A program made the translations under genes and the position numbers. From the NCBI RefSeq assembly GCF_009914755.1, contig NC_060935.1: a stretch of 64,000 nucleotides of DNA; one strand, written 5' to 3'. Position 1 is the stretch's first letter, and each line of letters opens with the position of its first letter. The notes beneath the pieces were generated by a model. That model ran no database searches and had not been told where the DNA came from. It was given only the letters and a program-made list of their open reading frames with translations. The DNA is from the human T2T-CHM13v2.0 reference genome, Homo sapiens. Positions 15,325 through 36,120 of the stretch are shown one piece after another.

Positions 15325-16939
15325 CGGAGCCTACCTTTTGTAAATTAATTTCATCTTATGTGAGTTTATTGCCGGGTGGAAGGGAGGAAAATGTTTTAGA
15401 TCACACAGAAACTAGGAAGTGAATATTGTAGGTAGAGAAGTTGGTTATGTGTTTGGCATGTTACTGTTTTACCAAACTGTTCTTTTGGTTTTCAATATGG
15501 AAAGGTGTCCATTGGCAAAACAACCTTTTCTTGAGGATTCATGTGATTTCTACAGGAAATGAAAATAAGAATCCATGGAGAAAAAATAGCTAAGAAAATT
15601 GGATGCTTAATCTGAACTAAAAGAGTAGAGTGTGTAGTCACTATCTTAAAATACATTAATAGTAAGATGGAGCTCTTTGCCACTTTGGTTCGGGGAGGCA
15701 GAATTAAGATCTGTGGGTTAAAGATTAAAGAGGTTTCCCCAAAACTTCAGAAAATTCTTAGGTGCTATCTGTAACTCGAGGATAGAGCCTTGAGTTATAC
15801 TGAGGTCTGCCAGTGGCTCAATTTAAGCAAAGACTAGATGGCATTTCCCAGAGGCCTTGTAGGCTAGAGTACTTGCCTGTGTAACTTCAGACATCCATTT
15901 CCTCTGGTATCCTGGAGTTCCGCCTCGCCACTGTGTGTCTTAGAAATAAGTCATTATTCAAGAACTCAGGAAATTATACGTTGGAGTGAAAAGGTGAGTG
16001 AAGGCAATGGGGAATCAAAAAGGCCTGGATCCTAGTTCTGAGGTATGTGTAGCCTTAGGAAAGATAAATTATAAGAGTCATAAGATATGGATCATAAACA
16101 TACATAGTCCATTAGGGTATTATGAGGATTCCATGAATTAATAAATGTCAGGTTAATCAACACTTGTGGAGAATATCACCTGGTATGTAGTAAGCACAGA
16201 TAAGTGGTAGATACTATGATGCCTAAAGGTGAATAGTTTGAAAGTAATAAGCAACATGAACCCCAGCCTGGAACTCAGTTCTGAGATATGTACCTCAGGA
16301 AATATAAGTTATGGGAGTCATAAAGTGTGGATAGTAATGATAGATAATTTCTTACAGGTAGGGAAATGTAAACAGATCTTATCGGCAAAATGATAATGAC
16401 AGGCCAAATTGTTAAAGGTAGGTTAAAAGTAGACAGCATGGTGGGAAGGTTAATCAGAGTCAAAATGTTTCAGTGTTCTTACATTTTTGGGAGTAGCCAG
16501 TTAATATCAACTTAGTCTTTTTAAGTATGCATGATAAAATTCCGAGGTTAATTGCTAGAAGTATATATAATCTCTAAATGAATAGTGATGAGAGATGGTG
16601 GGATAATAGGGAAGAAACAAAATTTTAAATTTGAGAAATAAGCATAGAAAAGGTGGATAAAACAAAAGATGGCAAAACAAGTCCAAATAGATCAGTAATT
16701 ACAATAAATGTATAAGTATTAAACTAGCCCAAGGAAAAATTGAATATTAAAACAAACCCCAATCATATGCTGTTTACAGGAGACACATCTAAAACAAGGA
16801 CATAAAGTTGTCCTGCAGCTGTGAGTAACAATATAGGTGAATGTTAATAATAATGTTGAATGAAAAAAGCTGGTGTCAGAAGACATGTACATTATGATAC
16901 TCCAGAAGTTCAAAAACAAGTGAAACTTGTTTAGACATG

Positions 16940-17261
16940 CGGTTGGCTGTCTGTATATGTGGGTTCCACATCTATGGACTCAACCAACTACAGGTTGAAA
17001 ATATTGAGGGGGAAAATTGTGTCTGGACTAAACCTGTACAGACATTTTTCCTTGTCATTTTTCCCTAAACAATACAAAGTATTAGATGGTGTTTATACTG
17101 TATTCGGTATTATAAGTAATCTAGAGATGACTTAAAAGTATATGAGAAGGTATGCACAGGTTATATCCAAATACTTCATATTAGGGACTTGAGCATCAGA
17201 GGATTTTTATATCCAAGGAAGGTTCTGGAACCAATCCTCCACGGATACTAAACGGTGACTG
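16940..17261 (-). mobile_element. TcMar-Tigger element (MER2-like)
   Basis: Ends ...ttctggaaccaatcctccacggatac...gactg, the reverse of the MER2-type terminus; matching inverted end at the start. Confidence 0.7.
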
Positions 17262-17281
17262 TGTGTGTATATATATATGTA

Positions 17282-17866
17282 TAGTCTGTTCTCATTATCT
17301 ATAGTAGTTATGTTTTATAAAGTCACCATGAACACTGAATTAGAGAGTACTGAACCATTATTCCCAAGGGAAATACAGGGTTGGGTTCCTATGAACCTCT
17401 GGGCACAGTTTCATCAACCCATCAGTACATAAACTTGTTACATGTGTTTCTGTTTGAAGACACCTTAGTATATATGGTTGACCCATTAACACTGAACTTA
17501 GCCCACGACACTTATTCCTGAATGAAGCTTACCTCAGTTTCTCCAGGCGGCACATCACAGTCTTCTTGCACTTAGGAACACTTGGCACTGTGCGTGGGGG
17601 TCACTTTAAGCAGCAAAATCCACAAAAATGCAAAAGACATGGCACTAAATAGACTGAAAAGGATACTTGTTTATAAGAACTGAAACAAGAAGGCCTTGTT
17701 CCACCTCAGCTGGGAACATGGAGAGCAGGCAATTCAAATTTTTTCACATGCTGCATGTCCGCAAATGGCTGCAAAAGCCCAGCAAGTACTGATACTGGAG
17801 TTAGAAATAAATTTTAGCAAGAGGTAAATTCACACATACGGAGTCTGCAAAAAATGAGAATTGACT
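17282..17866. mobile_element. TcMar-Tigger element (MER82-like)
   Basis: Inverted termini tagtctgttctcattat ... aatgagaattgacta; internal aacactgaattagagagtactgaaccatt. Confidence 0.65.
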
Positions 17867-18157
17867 ATTATGTGTGTGTATATTATATATATGATAAAAA
17901 ACAAAAGAATGATAAAAATTCCCAATAATGTTTACTTTGGTGGTGAGAAGAGGATGGCAAGTAAAATAAGTCTGTATTGTTATCAGCAATTATCTAGTTT
18001 GAGGTTGGACAGTGGTTTCATCATAGGTATTGATTATATTATAAATAGCCCAACCTGAACTCATGACCATAGTGTGGTGTTATTACTTAGCGTTATTCTA
18101 GACTTATTAGCCATTGTATTTAAACAAGAGGAAATAGAGACATTGAAGATAAAGTGG

Positions 18158-18452
18158 AGCCAGGCACAGTGGCTCATGCCTGTAATCCCAGCACTTTGGC
18201 AGGCTGAGATGGGTTAATCAAGACCAGAAGTTCAAGACCAGCGTGGCCAACATGGCAAAACCCCGTCTCTACTAAAAAAAAACAAAAAATACAAAAATTA
18301 GCCAGGCGTGGTGGCACGCACCTGTAGTCCCAGCTACTTGGGAAGCTGAGGCAGGAGAATCTCGAACCCAGGAGGTAGGGGTTGCAGTGAGCTGAGATCG
18401 CACCACTGCACCCCAGCCTGGGTGACAGCAAGATCCTTTCTCAAGAAAAAAA
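18158..18452 (+). mobile_element. AluS
   Basis: Full dimer with A-tail. Confidence 0.9.
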
Positions 18453-18459
18453 GTGAAAA

Positions 18460-21331
<2,872 letters not shown>

Positions 21332-21477
21332 GTAGGAAACATGCGAAAAATGATAAAATCAAATTTAAGATACTACTTCTGGAGAGTAAAAGAGGAAGAG
21401 AGGGAACAGTATTGGCAAGGGATGCAGACGTGGTTTCAATTATATCTGTAATGGCTTTCCTTTAAAAAATAAGATAT

Positions 21478-21640
21478 GGCCAGGAGCAGTGGTGCACACC
21501 TGTAGTCCCAGAGACTGGGGAGGCTGAGGACGGAGGATCCTTTGAGCCCAGGAGTTCAAGGCTGTGGTGCACAATGTTTACGCCTGTGAATAGCCACTGC
21601 ACTCCAACCTAGGCCACTTAGCAAGACCCTGTCTATAAAA
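21478..21640 (+). mobile_element. Fossil Alu monomer (FAM-like)
   Basis: Monomer retaining the 7SL-derived gcctgtgaatagccactgcactcc; TSD aaaaaataagatatg. Confidence 0.75.
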
Positions 21641-24600
21641 AATAAGATATGAAGTAAATATGACGTAATATTAAATACATAAGTACTTGTTATTATTTAT
21701 AATTTTCTGTAAGCATATATAATATTTCATTAAAAATTAGAGGGTAGACCTTTATCTTGGGAAGATGTACATACTAATTTACCATGTGCCCAGAAAATTA
21801 GGCCTCCACATGGGTTTTCATTTGTATATGAAATGGCTCAGAAATGAACAAGAACTAGGAGTCACCCAATTTATCTGCTTCCAGAGTGCCCCATGCTCCA
21901 TCATGGGGCTGCTCCCAGGCCTCAACCCCTCCACTTCACAGCTCTTTACCCTGCCTCCTCCACTCCCTGTTCAACCTCCTGAGTAACACTTCAGGGCCCC
22001 AGTGCAAAATCCAACCCTGCCTTCTTTCCTTAGAGGCTGCTCAGAGCCTGGAGGCTTTGACCCTCTTCTGAGAAGTGAAGGACAGAAGAACTGAGACCCT
22101 GACCACCTCTCAGGAAGCTTAACTTGTTCAAGTCAAAGCCAAAAGCAGGACGTCTTTTCTGGAACTGAGATTGTAAACTGCTATAAGAGCCTAGAGAAGG
22201 CATTTCACTGAGGAAATGGAACCAGAGCCCTGGAATAGAGCTTACAGGATGCCCAAGAGGTATACCTGGAAGTGAGACTAGGCTGAACAAGGCAGAGGTA
22301 AGCTGTGGCCCAGACACAATGAAGAGACCAAGAGAATGGTCTGTGAAGACATGTTGGTACCAAGATAGCTGAAGGAGCATCCAGAAGCTTCAGAAGAGAG
22401 GGCAGGGGTGCCTTTCAGGGTGATCACACCACTGGCAGTCTGAAAGATGGATTGGAGTCGTCCAAATGAGCAGTAAAGGTGTCCTAGGGCGGGATGAGGC
22501 CCAGGAAATGGAGAGGCAGAAACACACAAGAGAAACTGGCCCAGTGCTCCTGAGACAGGCTGTCCCACCACCTGCCCGACCTGGAGTACAGGCTGAGCAG
22601 GAAGTGAAGTGGAAGCAGTGACCATTGACAGCGCTTAGGAAGTTACGGCTGAGATGGAATTTCCACAGTATATGGAAAATTAGAACAAGCCCACAACACC
22701 TATAACTAAGGTATCGTTTCAAAGTTCCCCGCCCCCAGCTGCCTGCCCACCCTACCACAGTAATTTCCCTTTTTGAGGCTGTCGACAATTTTACCCAAAT
22801 CTCTTTCTACCCAGCCCTTCAAACAGCTTCCCAAGAACTCCCTAGCCGATCATTTTCCTGACTAGAACCCTCAAATTACTAATCCATTTTATTCCTAAAA
22901 TTATATCACATCATTCTACTGACCAGAGCCACCTAAATTAACTGATCCTTTCAACCAGTCCCACATACCATGCCAACCACCCTGCCCTACTAAGCCATGG
23001 GCCCACCACCCCACCATTTCTCACTTACTCTCTATTCCCCTGAGAATCTGTTCAGCACCAGTTACCCAGTGGTAGTGAACTTGGTTTTGATGGTTGCTTT
23101 GACAGAGAACATTAGCTTCATAGGCATAAATTGTATGTTCCTGTACCTTCTCAGATGGGCTTCAATTTACACTGAGATCATGAGCATTTTTACCTTAGGG
23201 GAATCTTTATCCAGTGGACAACCTGACACCAAACCCATGGATGCACTGATCCTATGGAACCCCAACCTCAAGGGCACCTTGATCACTTGACTCAGAAGGG
23301 AACATGGCAACCCCGAGGGAACACATCATCCCCAGGAACACTGACTCTCTGTGCATACTGGCTGTGTAAGAACTCTGTCTCTGTGGGCCCCCTGACCCAG
23401 CAAGCAGATTAATCTCAGGTGGCAATGAGTCCCTAAAGCATCTCACTGGCCCGCTGACCCCAGGTACACTAACAGCATTTGCTCCATAGGCATCATTCAT
23501 TCATTTAGCGTTCACTGGGCTTCTATTATTTGCCAAATATTATGTTAGCATTGAATGAAGAAATATACACTTTATGATAACTGGGGGGTAGAGGAGAAGG
23601 GGAAACAGGCAGTTTTGGAGGCTGTGTCTATCTCCAGCTGGTGGGCGGAGGGAGGGGTTGAGGCCCCTTTCCTCTTAGCGGCAGCTCAGGAGGGATCCCA
23701 GGATCTGTGCTTCCATCTGGATCAGGTGAAGCACACACAGTGAGACTGTCTTTTTGCTCTCTGCAGGGGTGGGCACAGGATCCCTCTGTTCCTGTTGCTA
23801 AATTGGTCTGCTGGAGGACTGCACTATATTCTGACCACCTCTGTAAGGGACAAGGGATATGTATGACCTTACAATGACTTTGGTGTGCTCTCTATTAGGG
23901 CCAGACAGGGAGGGCAAACCAGCTCACAAAAATCTCAGTCTCCTTTTTTGAACAATGATATTTTTATTGTTATGAGTAACATTTATCTTTAAGGATTGGA
24001 AAATATAGAAAAAAGAGAAAGAAAAAAATAGAAATAATTCAAATTTGCCCTCAACGATCATTATTGTTAACATGTTGTGCCAATCCCTTTTCTCTACAAA
24101 CAACTTTTTTTAAAACAGTGTTTTGAATTTTCTATTTTGGCTTTTTTTAAACTAAACATTTTAGAATGATTATTATCCAGGTCATTAAATCTTCAAAAAC
24201 CTTATTTTAAATAGTTTTATAGGTTCCTGTTATACGGGTAAACTATGATTTACTTAAGTGATTTTTTAGTGTTGGGCATATGGGTTCTTTCTGATTTTGT
24301 GCTAATAGATATCTTCCATGGTCGACAACTGTGTGCAGACATAAATGTCTGAGTTTCTGCTTCTTTAGGTCAATCTCTCTTCCCTGCTGTGTGTCATACT
24401 TTGTGTCCTGGGAAGCCCATGTCGTGCTGCTCAACTTCTGGGTTTGAAGGAGACCATCAGGAAAATGCACCTGTGGCTCTGCATGCCCCCTTTCCACAGG
24501 ATTCAGACACTACGGACGGAGGGCATGGGAAACTGAGAAGGGACCAGAGAAAATATTATTCCACTTTTTGCCCTCCAAGGCCCATACCATAAACCTCCCC

Positions 24601-26514
24601 AACTCCTCCATTGCCCAAGCCAGAGCCCTCATGAAAATGAACTCAATCAAATTAACTTTTGAAGAGTAAACGAGATTCTAGGGACGTGGGAACCTGATCG
24701 CACTTCCTTTTTCCCACCCACAATCTATGGCCACTCCTGAGCCTGTGGGCTGCTTGAAGGCAAGTGAGGCCTTGACCTCTGCTGGAATCCTAAGAGAGAG
24801 AATTATTTAGAGTCTCATGGGTCAGGAGAGTCCTGGGAGGCCAGTACAGAGGGTTTCTAGCAAGGACCAGAAAGCTATAAAGCTGGGAAGAATGTGGCCC
24901 ACAGAGATCTTTGGACCCATGAAGGGAAGCAAGTGTGGGGGTCTTGCTGGATTCTTGCTCTGGCAAGAAGGATTGAACAGGTAAACTGAGTCTTCCCTGC
25001 CCTGACACAGGACAGTGTAATGAGACAAGGGCTTCAGCAGGGCACTGGTGTCTTACCTGGTTCTGCCCCATCCATCCCAGATAGACTATTTCCCCTCCCA
25101 GCACCCACAGAGCTGCCAACAACAGCCAGACTCAACCCCAACAAGCTTCACTCCACTCTCCTTAGAACATCGAGGAATCAGTTCTTACTGAAAGTTTACT
25201 TGGTGCAGCCTATAACTGTGACTTCAGGTTCTGAGCATATCTGATGAAGAAATTAGCATTTTCCCCACATACTAGATATAGTCAGCATTTCCAGGAGTGT
25301 TCAAAGAGAACCCAGGTTGTTTAAGATAGAAATCTAATTGCCAGCACTGACTTGCTTCTCGTTGCAGAGTCTAGGAATCCATGCATGCTCAGTAATGCAA
25401 GTACTTGCAAGCTGACAAAATTCCATTTGTTTGTCCCCCTTATTCCCCTTATCACCAGCGAAGTCTCCCAGAAGGCAAGCAGTTGCCTATGGCGATGATC
25501 TAAGCTGTGAATTAGATGTTTGTCCCACAATAGTTTGTCTGATCCATCTTGTCTGTCAGTCCTGTGAAGGTATTTTCTGTCTCATTAGGGTCTTCCAGTA
25601 CTTTGCTTAAGTTTTGTCCCATGATGATGGTCATCAATTTTATAATGGTCTCTGTCCCACAATGTTGGTCCCAACTATAACAGGCCACCAGTCTCAGGAG
25701 CATTGCTCTATGCCAGAGGCTTTCTGAGTCATGGCCACTAGAGGACACCCTTACACCACTTAAAGGCCAAAGGTTGCCAGTGGCATTCCCTTAGTTCCTG
25801 AGCTGTTTTCTGAGGGCCTGCCCAGAGAAAGCACCTTCTGCTTTGGAGAGGTCAGGATGGTGCCAAAAAAGTGACCAAAGCTTTTGGAGCTGCTTCCCTT
25901 GGCCACCTTTGAGCCACAGAGTGATGAAACCAAACCATCTTCCTCTATCCCCACCCCCAAAATCACTCCAAATAAACACATAGTATTTCTAAACTTGGTT
26001 TGATAACACAGTTTCAAGTAAATCTATGGCCCACTCCCCTTCCAATCAGATTATAATCTGCAAACCCCTCTATACAGAAATTCTGGAGCTGCTGTTGCCC
26101 AGGAGAAACCCTAGCTCAGGACCTGACAACCAAAATGAGGTTCCTGGAGCTTTCCTTCCAGGGAAAGGGTGATGCTTATAAGAGAACCTGGACTTTCCAC
26201 ATGGTACTAGAGTTCTGGACAGGAAAGTGAGGGACTCTTGCCAAATTCTGGAGGTTAGAGAAGTGAGAGGTACAAGATAGGATCCTGTCCAATGGTCCCA
26301 GTAAAATTGCTTTGTTGATTGGAAGTGCAAGGGATAGACAGAGGTAATGGTTAGCTGACAATGGGAGCCCCAGATTTAGATATAAAAATTCAGCTGGAGG
26401 GAGGACATAGTTTGGGTCCCCTTGCAACAGAACATGTGGCAAAGACTTGGGGAAAAATAGTTTACGTGTGAGGTGATCTGCATTTGATTCCTATGGTTAC
26501 CATAATAAGTACAA

Positions 26515-26849
26515 CAGTTCACCCTTATCCATGCGGGATACATTCCAAGACCCCCAGTGGATACCTGAAGCCATGGATGGTATCGAACTCTATATATACT
26601 GTGTTTTTTCATAAACATACATACCTATGATAAAGTTTAATTTATAAATTAGGCACAGTAAGACATTAACAACAATAACTAATATAAAACAGAACAATTA
26701 TAACAATATACTGTAATAAAAGTTATGTGGATGTAGTGTCTCTCTTTCTCCCCCCCCCCACCTCTCAAAATAACTGTACTGTACTGCATGTAACTGAAAC
26801 TGCAGAAAGCAAAACCATGGATAAAACCATGAATAAGAGGGGGCTGTTG
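26515..26849. mobile_element. TcMar-Tigger element (MER44-like)
   Basis: cccttatccatgcgggatacattccaagacccccagtgg ... gtaactgaaactgcagaaagcaaaaccatggataa. Confidence 0.75.
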
Positions 26850-26936
26850 TATCATAAATTTGGTGGCTTAAGACAACAGAAATCTATTTTTTCAGTCTTG
26901 GAGGCTAGAAGTCTGAGATCAAGGAACGGTCTTTGA

Positions 26937-27289
<353 letters not shown>

Positions 27290-27734
27290 TAAGGGGGACA
27301 AAACTAACCCATAATATGATCTTAGAAGTAAAAGCAAATGGAGACTAGGATGGGAAGAACTTAATGCAACTGAAGGTATCAAGCTGGTTATTTCTGCAGC
27401 AACAGGGACTCAGTCCCACTGAGGAACCTCCAAGGAGCCATGTGACATACCCCTCAGAATTCTCCCACTGAGGGACTGGAAGGCTGGGGAATTTAGCCTG
27501 TTACCCCACTGGCTGAAGAATTCTCCTGGGAGGCTGGCTAACTTCCTCATATTTAGAGGCTACAACTACAGTAGGGCTGCATCCTTCCCTAGCTAATTAA
27601 GAGAGATTGAGGTGCGATGTGAGCCCTGCGTGTGGGGCTGTCCACCGCCACAGTGCTGAAATCAAGGAGGCACCCCCAGTGTTAGAGAGGGTACCCCCCT
27701 TACACTGCTCAGATCTGCTCCTCCCCCACAGCAA

Positions 27735-30350
<2,616 letters not shown>

Positions 30351-30409
30351 TATTTCAACCTACGTCTCTGAGCCTCCTGACTCTCAAAAAACTGCCAAGG
30401 TAGTTTCTT

Positions 30410-31030
30410 TCTTAGGTTGGGTTTGCAGAAGTAGACACTGAAACAAACATTCATATTCAAGTGATTTATTAAGGAAGTGCTCAGTGGTGTGATAGTAAAT
30501 GAGTAACAACTGGCTTTATGGAAAGAAAATAAATAAGCTTGATAAATAAATCAAGCATTCAACAATTTCCACAAATACTCTATAGTGAGTACTTCCACCA
30601 TGACCAGTTTAAAGCTACCAACAGGATATCTCTGAATATGGAGTTGGGAAGAGTTGCTAACAATCAGCTTTTGGAACTAGCCAGTGTCAGCACATCACTG
30701 AATGCTGCTAGGGAGACCAGTAAAAGAGTGGGTGTAGGAGGACAAGAAAAAAAAAGGAAGTCAAGCAAGAGAGTGATTTCAGGCAAAGTCTCATAGAGGT
30801 CAGAGTTAACACTATCCTACAGGGAAACCCTGGAATACAAGCTACACCTCAACGTTGTCTACACACAAGGCAAGGTTGCTTCGCTCTTTCACTCCTGCAC
30901 CTGTCAGGCTTAGGCAAGGGCCATCCCAGCATGGAGGCAGATCCTAGGTACCTATGGCTCTTTTTAAAGGTGAGCAAAGTGGTTCCAGCTGTGTGAAGGC
31001 AGTCCTTGGAGAAGAGGTGCAGGTGCTTGA
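30410..31030 (-). mobile_element. ERVL-type LTR interrupted by a MER63-like element (30483-30700)
   Basis: tcttaggttgggtttgcagaagtagacactga...gtgatttatt LTR end (minus-strand AATAAA 30465-30470); the insert has inverted ends cagtggtgtg...cacatcactg. Confidence 0.55.
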
Positions 31031-31039
31031 GTTTTGGGG

Positions 31040-31652
31040 GCCCTTGGAATATTCTGACTGATGAATGTTTTTGTATCCCTGGGGCCTTGGGAGAGGCTAT
31101 ATCAGTTTGACCCAATAAGTTTATCCTAATAAAATGACTTAAGATGAACTCTTAGTTTGGCTCTGGGGGTGGGGGAGAGGGAGTTATTGGGGCAGCGAGG
31201 CCAGTTACACAGGCTTTGTATGTCTCCATGACTGACTCCTCATTAAGAGCTTTGGACAACAAGGCTTGGGTGAGCTTTTCCAATTGGCAACACCACCATG
31301 GGTTGTCACACACTGTTGCTGGGAGAATGAAGTGAGTCCTCATGCAACTCCACCGGGAGGGTTCACTTGGAAGCCTGTGGTTTCTCCTGGCTTTGCTCCA
31401 AAGCCTTTCTTCTTTGCTGACTTTACTCTGTATCCTTTCACTGTAGTAAGAGATAATGGTGAGTATAACAGCCGCTTCTGAGACCTATGAGTTATTCTAG
31501 TGAATCATGGAGCCTGAGCTGGATCTTGGAGACACTGACACAGAATCCTTTCACCATAATAAATCACAGTCATGAATACAATTCTGTGCTGAGCCCTGCG
31601 AGTCCTCCTAGTGAATCATCAAACCTAGGGATGGTTTGGGGGACCCCTGACA
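31040..31652 (+). mobile_element. MER21-like LTR with duplicated 3' end
   Basis: ggcttgggtgagcttttcc...ttgtcacacactgttgctggga; the terminal ctagtgaatcat...ctgacac block occurs twice. Confidence 0.6.
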
Positions 31653-32293
31653 CTTCATTTCCTAAACTCCTGATAAAGAGGGATTTCTGTGTCATCCTGC
31701 TACCTAGAGAAAGGAAAGTATCTGATCCCTGATCATCTTCTCCATAAGAACTACCTTGTCTCACCTGGTCCTCGTTGGCATGCCATATACCTCTACTCAC
31801 GTTTGCCATCCCGGCATCATCTCTCTACTCACCTGGCTCATGTGCTTTGCATCTTCCTCACCCAAACATTGAAGCCCATTTGGGTCCATCTGTCCTCTTA
31901 GCCCTTTAATCGGCCTCAAGGGGAGCCCAGAACTTTCTATGGCATTTTCTGACACCAAGCTAAGGAAATGAAACACTGTGAGGGCCCTGCCTTCAGGACC
32001 ATTAGCATTGGTTGACTGGCCCACTTCTGGCTCCAAGCAGGGATGCCCACTGACTTCCCTCGGGCTTCTATTATCCCAGCTCTTCCTATTTGCTGCCTTT
32101 TATTATTTACATCATTATAAATATTTGTGGCTTCAGAAAGAATGTGATGTTCTTTCTAAAGTTACCTGGGTAACTCTCTCTTAATACTTACTTGAATTAA
32201 CTGCCCATCTATTTTCAGATTTAACTGTTTGAAAATTCTTAATAATACATTAAATTAAAAACTCACAATTATACAGACTGCAGCATACAGTCA

Positions 32294-32746
<453 letters not shown>

Positions 32747-33353
32747 CTAATTCATGCTGTGGCAGTTGTACACAGGTTAGAGATGATAGTAACTCACATG
32801 ATCATATGATCATTGGTCATTCACAAGTTCAGGGATGCCAGAAATGGCATTTAGTGACCTGAACTGAAACCAAATTATAGTTTATAGTTTCTGTCTCTTC
32901 TGTCTACAGTAGGAAAAAAAAAAAACACAGAACAACAACAACAAAAAGCATATAAGTAAATCTTTTTCCAAATTTTTTAAATGCCAGAACCTTAACTCCT
33001 GATACTCAATAAACCTTTTCACTGCATAAACAGTCCCACTCTTGCGATTGTCCTTAAAATCTATGGCTTTCAAAAATGGTTGATTCTACCATGAATTTTA
33101 AGAGCTTCCCCCACCCCGCCCCATCTTAGGAACAAATGGCTGAACATTCACACTGATGACTATCTTTGCCCACGCAGCTTCCAGCTCCCCCCGCCCCTTG
33201 CTCAGACTTCCAAATAGCCCACAGCAGGCATCTCCACCATTCACTGAGAGCTGGAGCTATCGAGTGTGGTGCTACATACCTATCTACGATATATGAAGGC
33301 CTGCTCCTTCCTCTGGCAGCAGAGTGAGGGATGTTAAGAAAAGTTACCTGTCA

Positions 33354-34143
<790 letters not shown>

Positions 34144-35639
34144 GGAGTGATTTGATTGCAATGTGGTTATTCAGCTGGGCTTCTGAAGATGAAGCCACTC
34201 TCTGTGAGTGTGAGAGTAGGGACGGACCATCGGTTGGTGAGGTTATTCAAGGTGCTAGTCATCTGGACGTGAAGCCTGTCTCTCAGAACAGAAATGAGCT
34301 TCTTCACCTCTTGACTTTGGGGATTGTCAGGATGTCTAGGAAAGAAATCCGGTAGCAAGTCCACCTTTTGGAATCAGAGTATAGATATCTGCAGATGGCC
34401 AGTGGAATGGTGCAGGGTCCCGGGCCCTGCATTTATACATTGCATGTGATAACTCTTTATTTTCCTGAATCTTTCCTCTAAAATTAATGAAGCTAGTCCT
34501 TCCTAGCTGCAGTAGAGGATCACAGGGATTGTGCTAATGGGAATGTTAAACACAGAATGTTAAAGGGAAACCATTGCTGCTTGGGGTAAAATGTGGTGGC
34601 AGTGGGAATGGAAACTAAAGGGAAAGGGTGGGTCTTAGGAGCACATTGGTTCTACCTAGCAGAATTTTTTTTCCAGAGTTTTACTCTGGAGATAATGGAC
34701 CATGTTTTAGCCTGGGAAGTGGTTTCTCTTTATAACTCTCCATCTCTGCTGCAACAAGGGATCTTTCCTTCCAGGTTTTATTCTCTGAGGACATACATTC
34801 CCAGGTCCCTGTTCCCCGTTTTGCCATGGTGAGCCCTTGGTCCTAGGTCCTGGTTTTGGGTTTCTTCATTGCTTGCTTGCTTACTGCAGAGTAGCCAGAC
34901 CCCTAGTTCCAGGACCACTGGCCACACATCTTCACAGTCTGAAGCTTCCAGCCTTCTAAGGTTACAATTTCCTTTAAAATCCAGATAGACTATCTCTAGT
35001 CTGTCACCTTTCATCTGGGGAAGTCTAGTATGCTCACTGACATGCCCAGGGATTCTTGGGAAGGGGCATGCCCTCCTGGTCTCCTCTGCATGTGCATTCC
35101 TGCTCCTAACTTCTCAGTCTCCAACAAGCTGCCAGGGTTGCCGTCCTCCCACTACACTTTATCCCACAAAGTGTCCCACTGTGGACAGTGCCCCACCTTC
35201 TGCATTCCCTAAGCATCATTCCTAGGAGGTGGTGGTATATACATACCAGACTTTTTCTGAAAGTTTCGAGGTAATAGAGCAGCACCAAGGAGCAGGAACC
35301 AACTTAAAATAGAACATTAGACATCTCCATTCCTCGAGTTCCTTGGCCATCCGTCAGAATTTCTCACCAGTTACTTTCCTTCTTAGAGTCCAGCTTTCTA
35401 CCATTTCACCTTCTTTTTACTCAAGCTTTTCTCCTGTATCCTCTCTTCTCCCAGTTCCAATCTTACCCCTACAACTCATCATTTAGCTGCAAGAAGACAA
35501 CTCCTGAATTCCTATCGCTCCTCTGTGCAGAGCAGCTCATCTCTGCAGATGAACTGGGACCCTTCCTGCCATAACCAAAGGGCCATGAATCAGCTTTCAA
35601 GGAAAAAGAACCAGTTCCTCGGAGATGAATTCTGCCTGC

Positions 35640-36120
35640 CTGGTTATCTACGGTGTAAAACAACAACCGTTTCACAGTGTTCACAGATTCTCTGGGTCAG
35701 GTCAGGGCGGAGCAAGGATGACTTGTCTCTCCTTTGTGATGTATAGGGCTCAGCTGGAAGGCTCAAGCAGTTGGGGATGACTTAAAGGGCTAGGGGCTGT
35801 AATCATCTGAAGGCTTCTTCAGTCCTATGTCTGGTGCCTGGCTGTGGGGACTTGAAGGCTGGGCTCAGCTGGGACTGTCAATTGAAGCACCCACATATGA
35901 CCTTTCCTTGTAGCTTGGGCTTTCTCACAGCATGGCAGCATCACAGTAGTCAGACTTCTAACATGTCAGCCCAGGGGTCCAGTGAACAGGGGATGTTGAA
36001 GGGCCTTTCATTACTTAACCTCAGAAGTTACATAGCATCCAGATTAAAGGGGAGGTAACATAGAACTTGTTTCTCAACGAGAGGAATGGAAAGATTTTGT
36101 GGCCATGCTTTCATATTGCC
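35640..36120 (-). mobile_element. MaLR LTR (MLT1 family)
   Basis: aaacaacaaccgttt...cacagattctctgggtcagg...gctgggctcagctgggactgtc...gggctttctcacagcatggcag. Confidence 0.65.
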
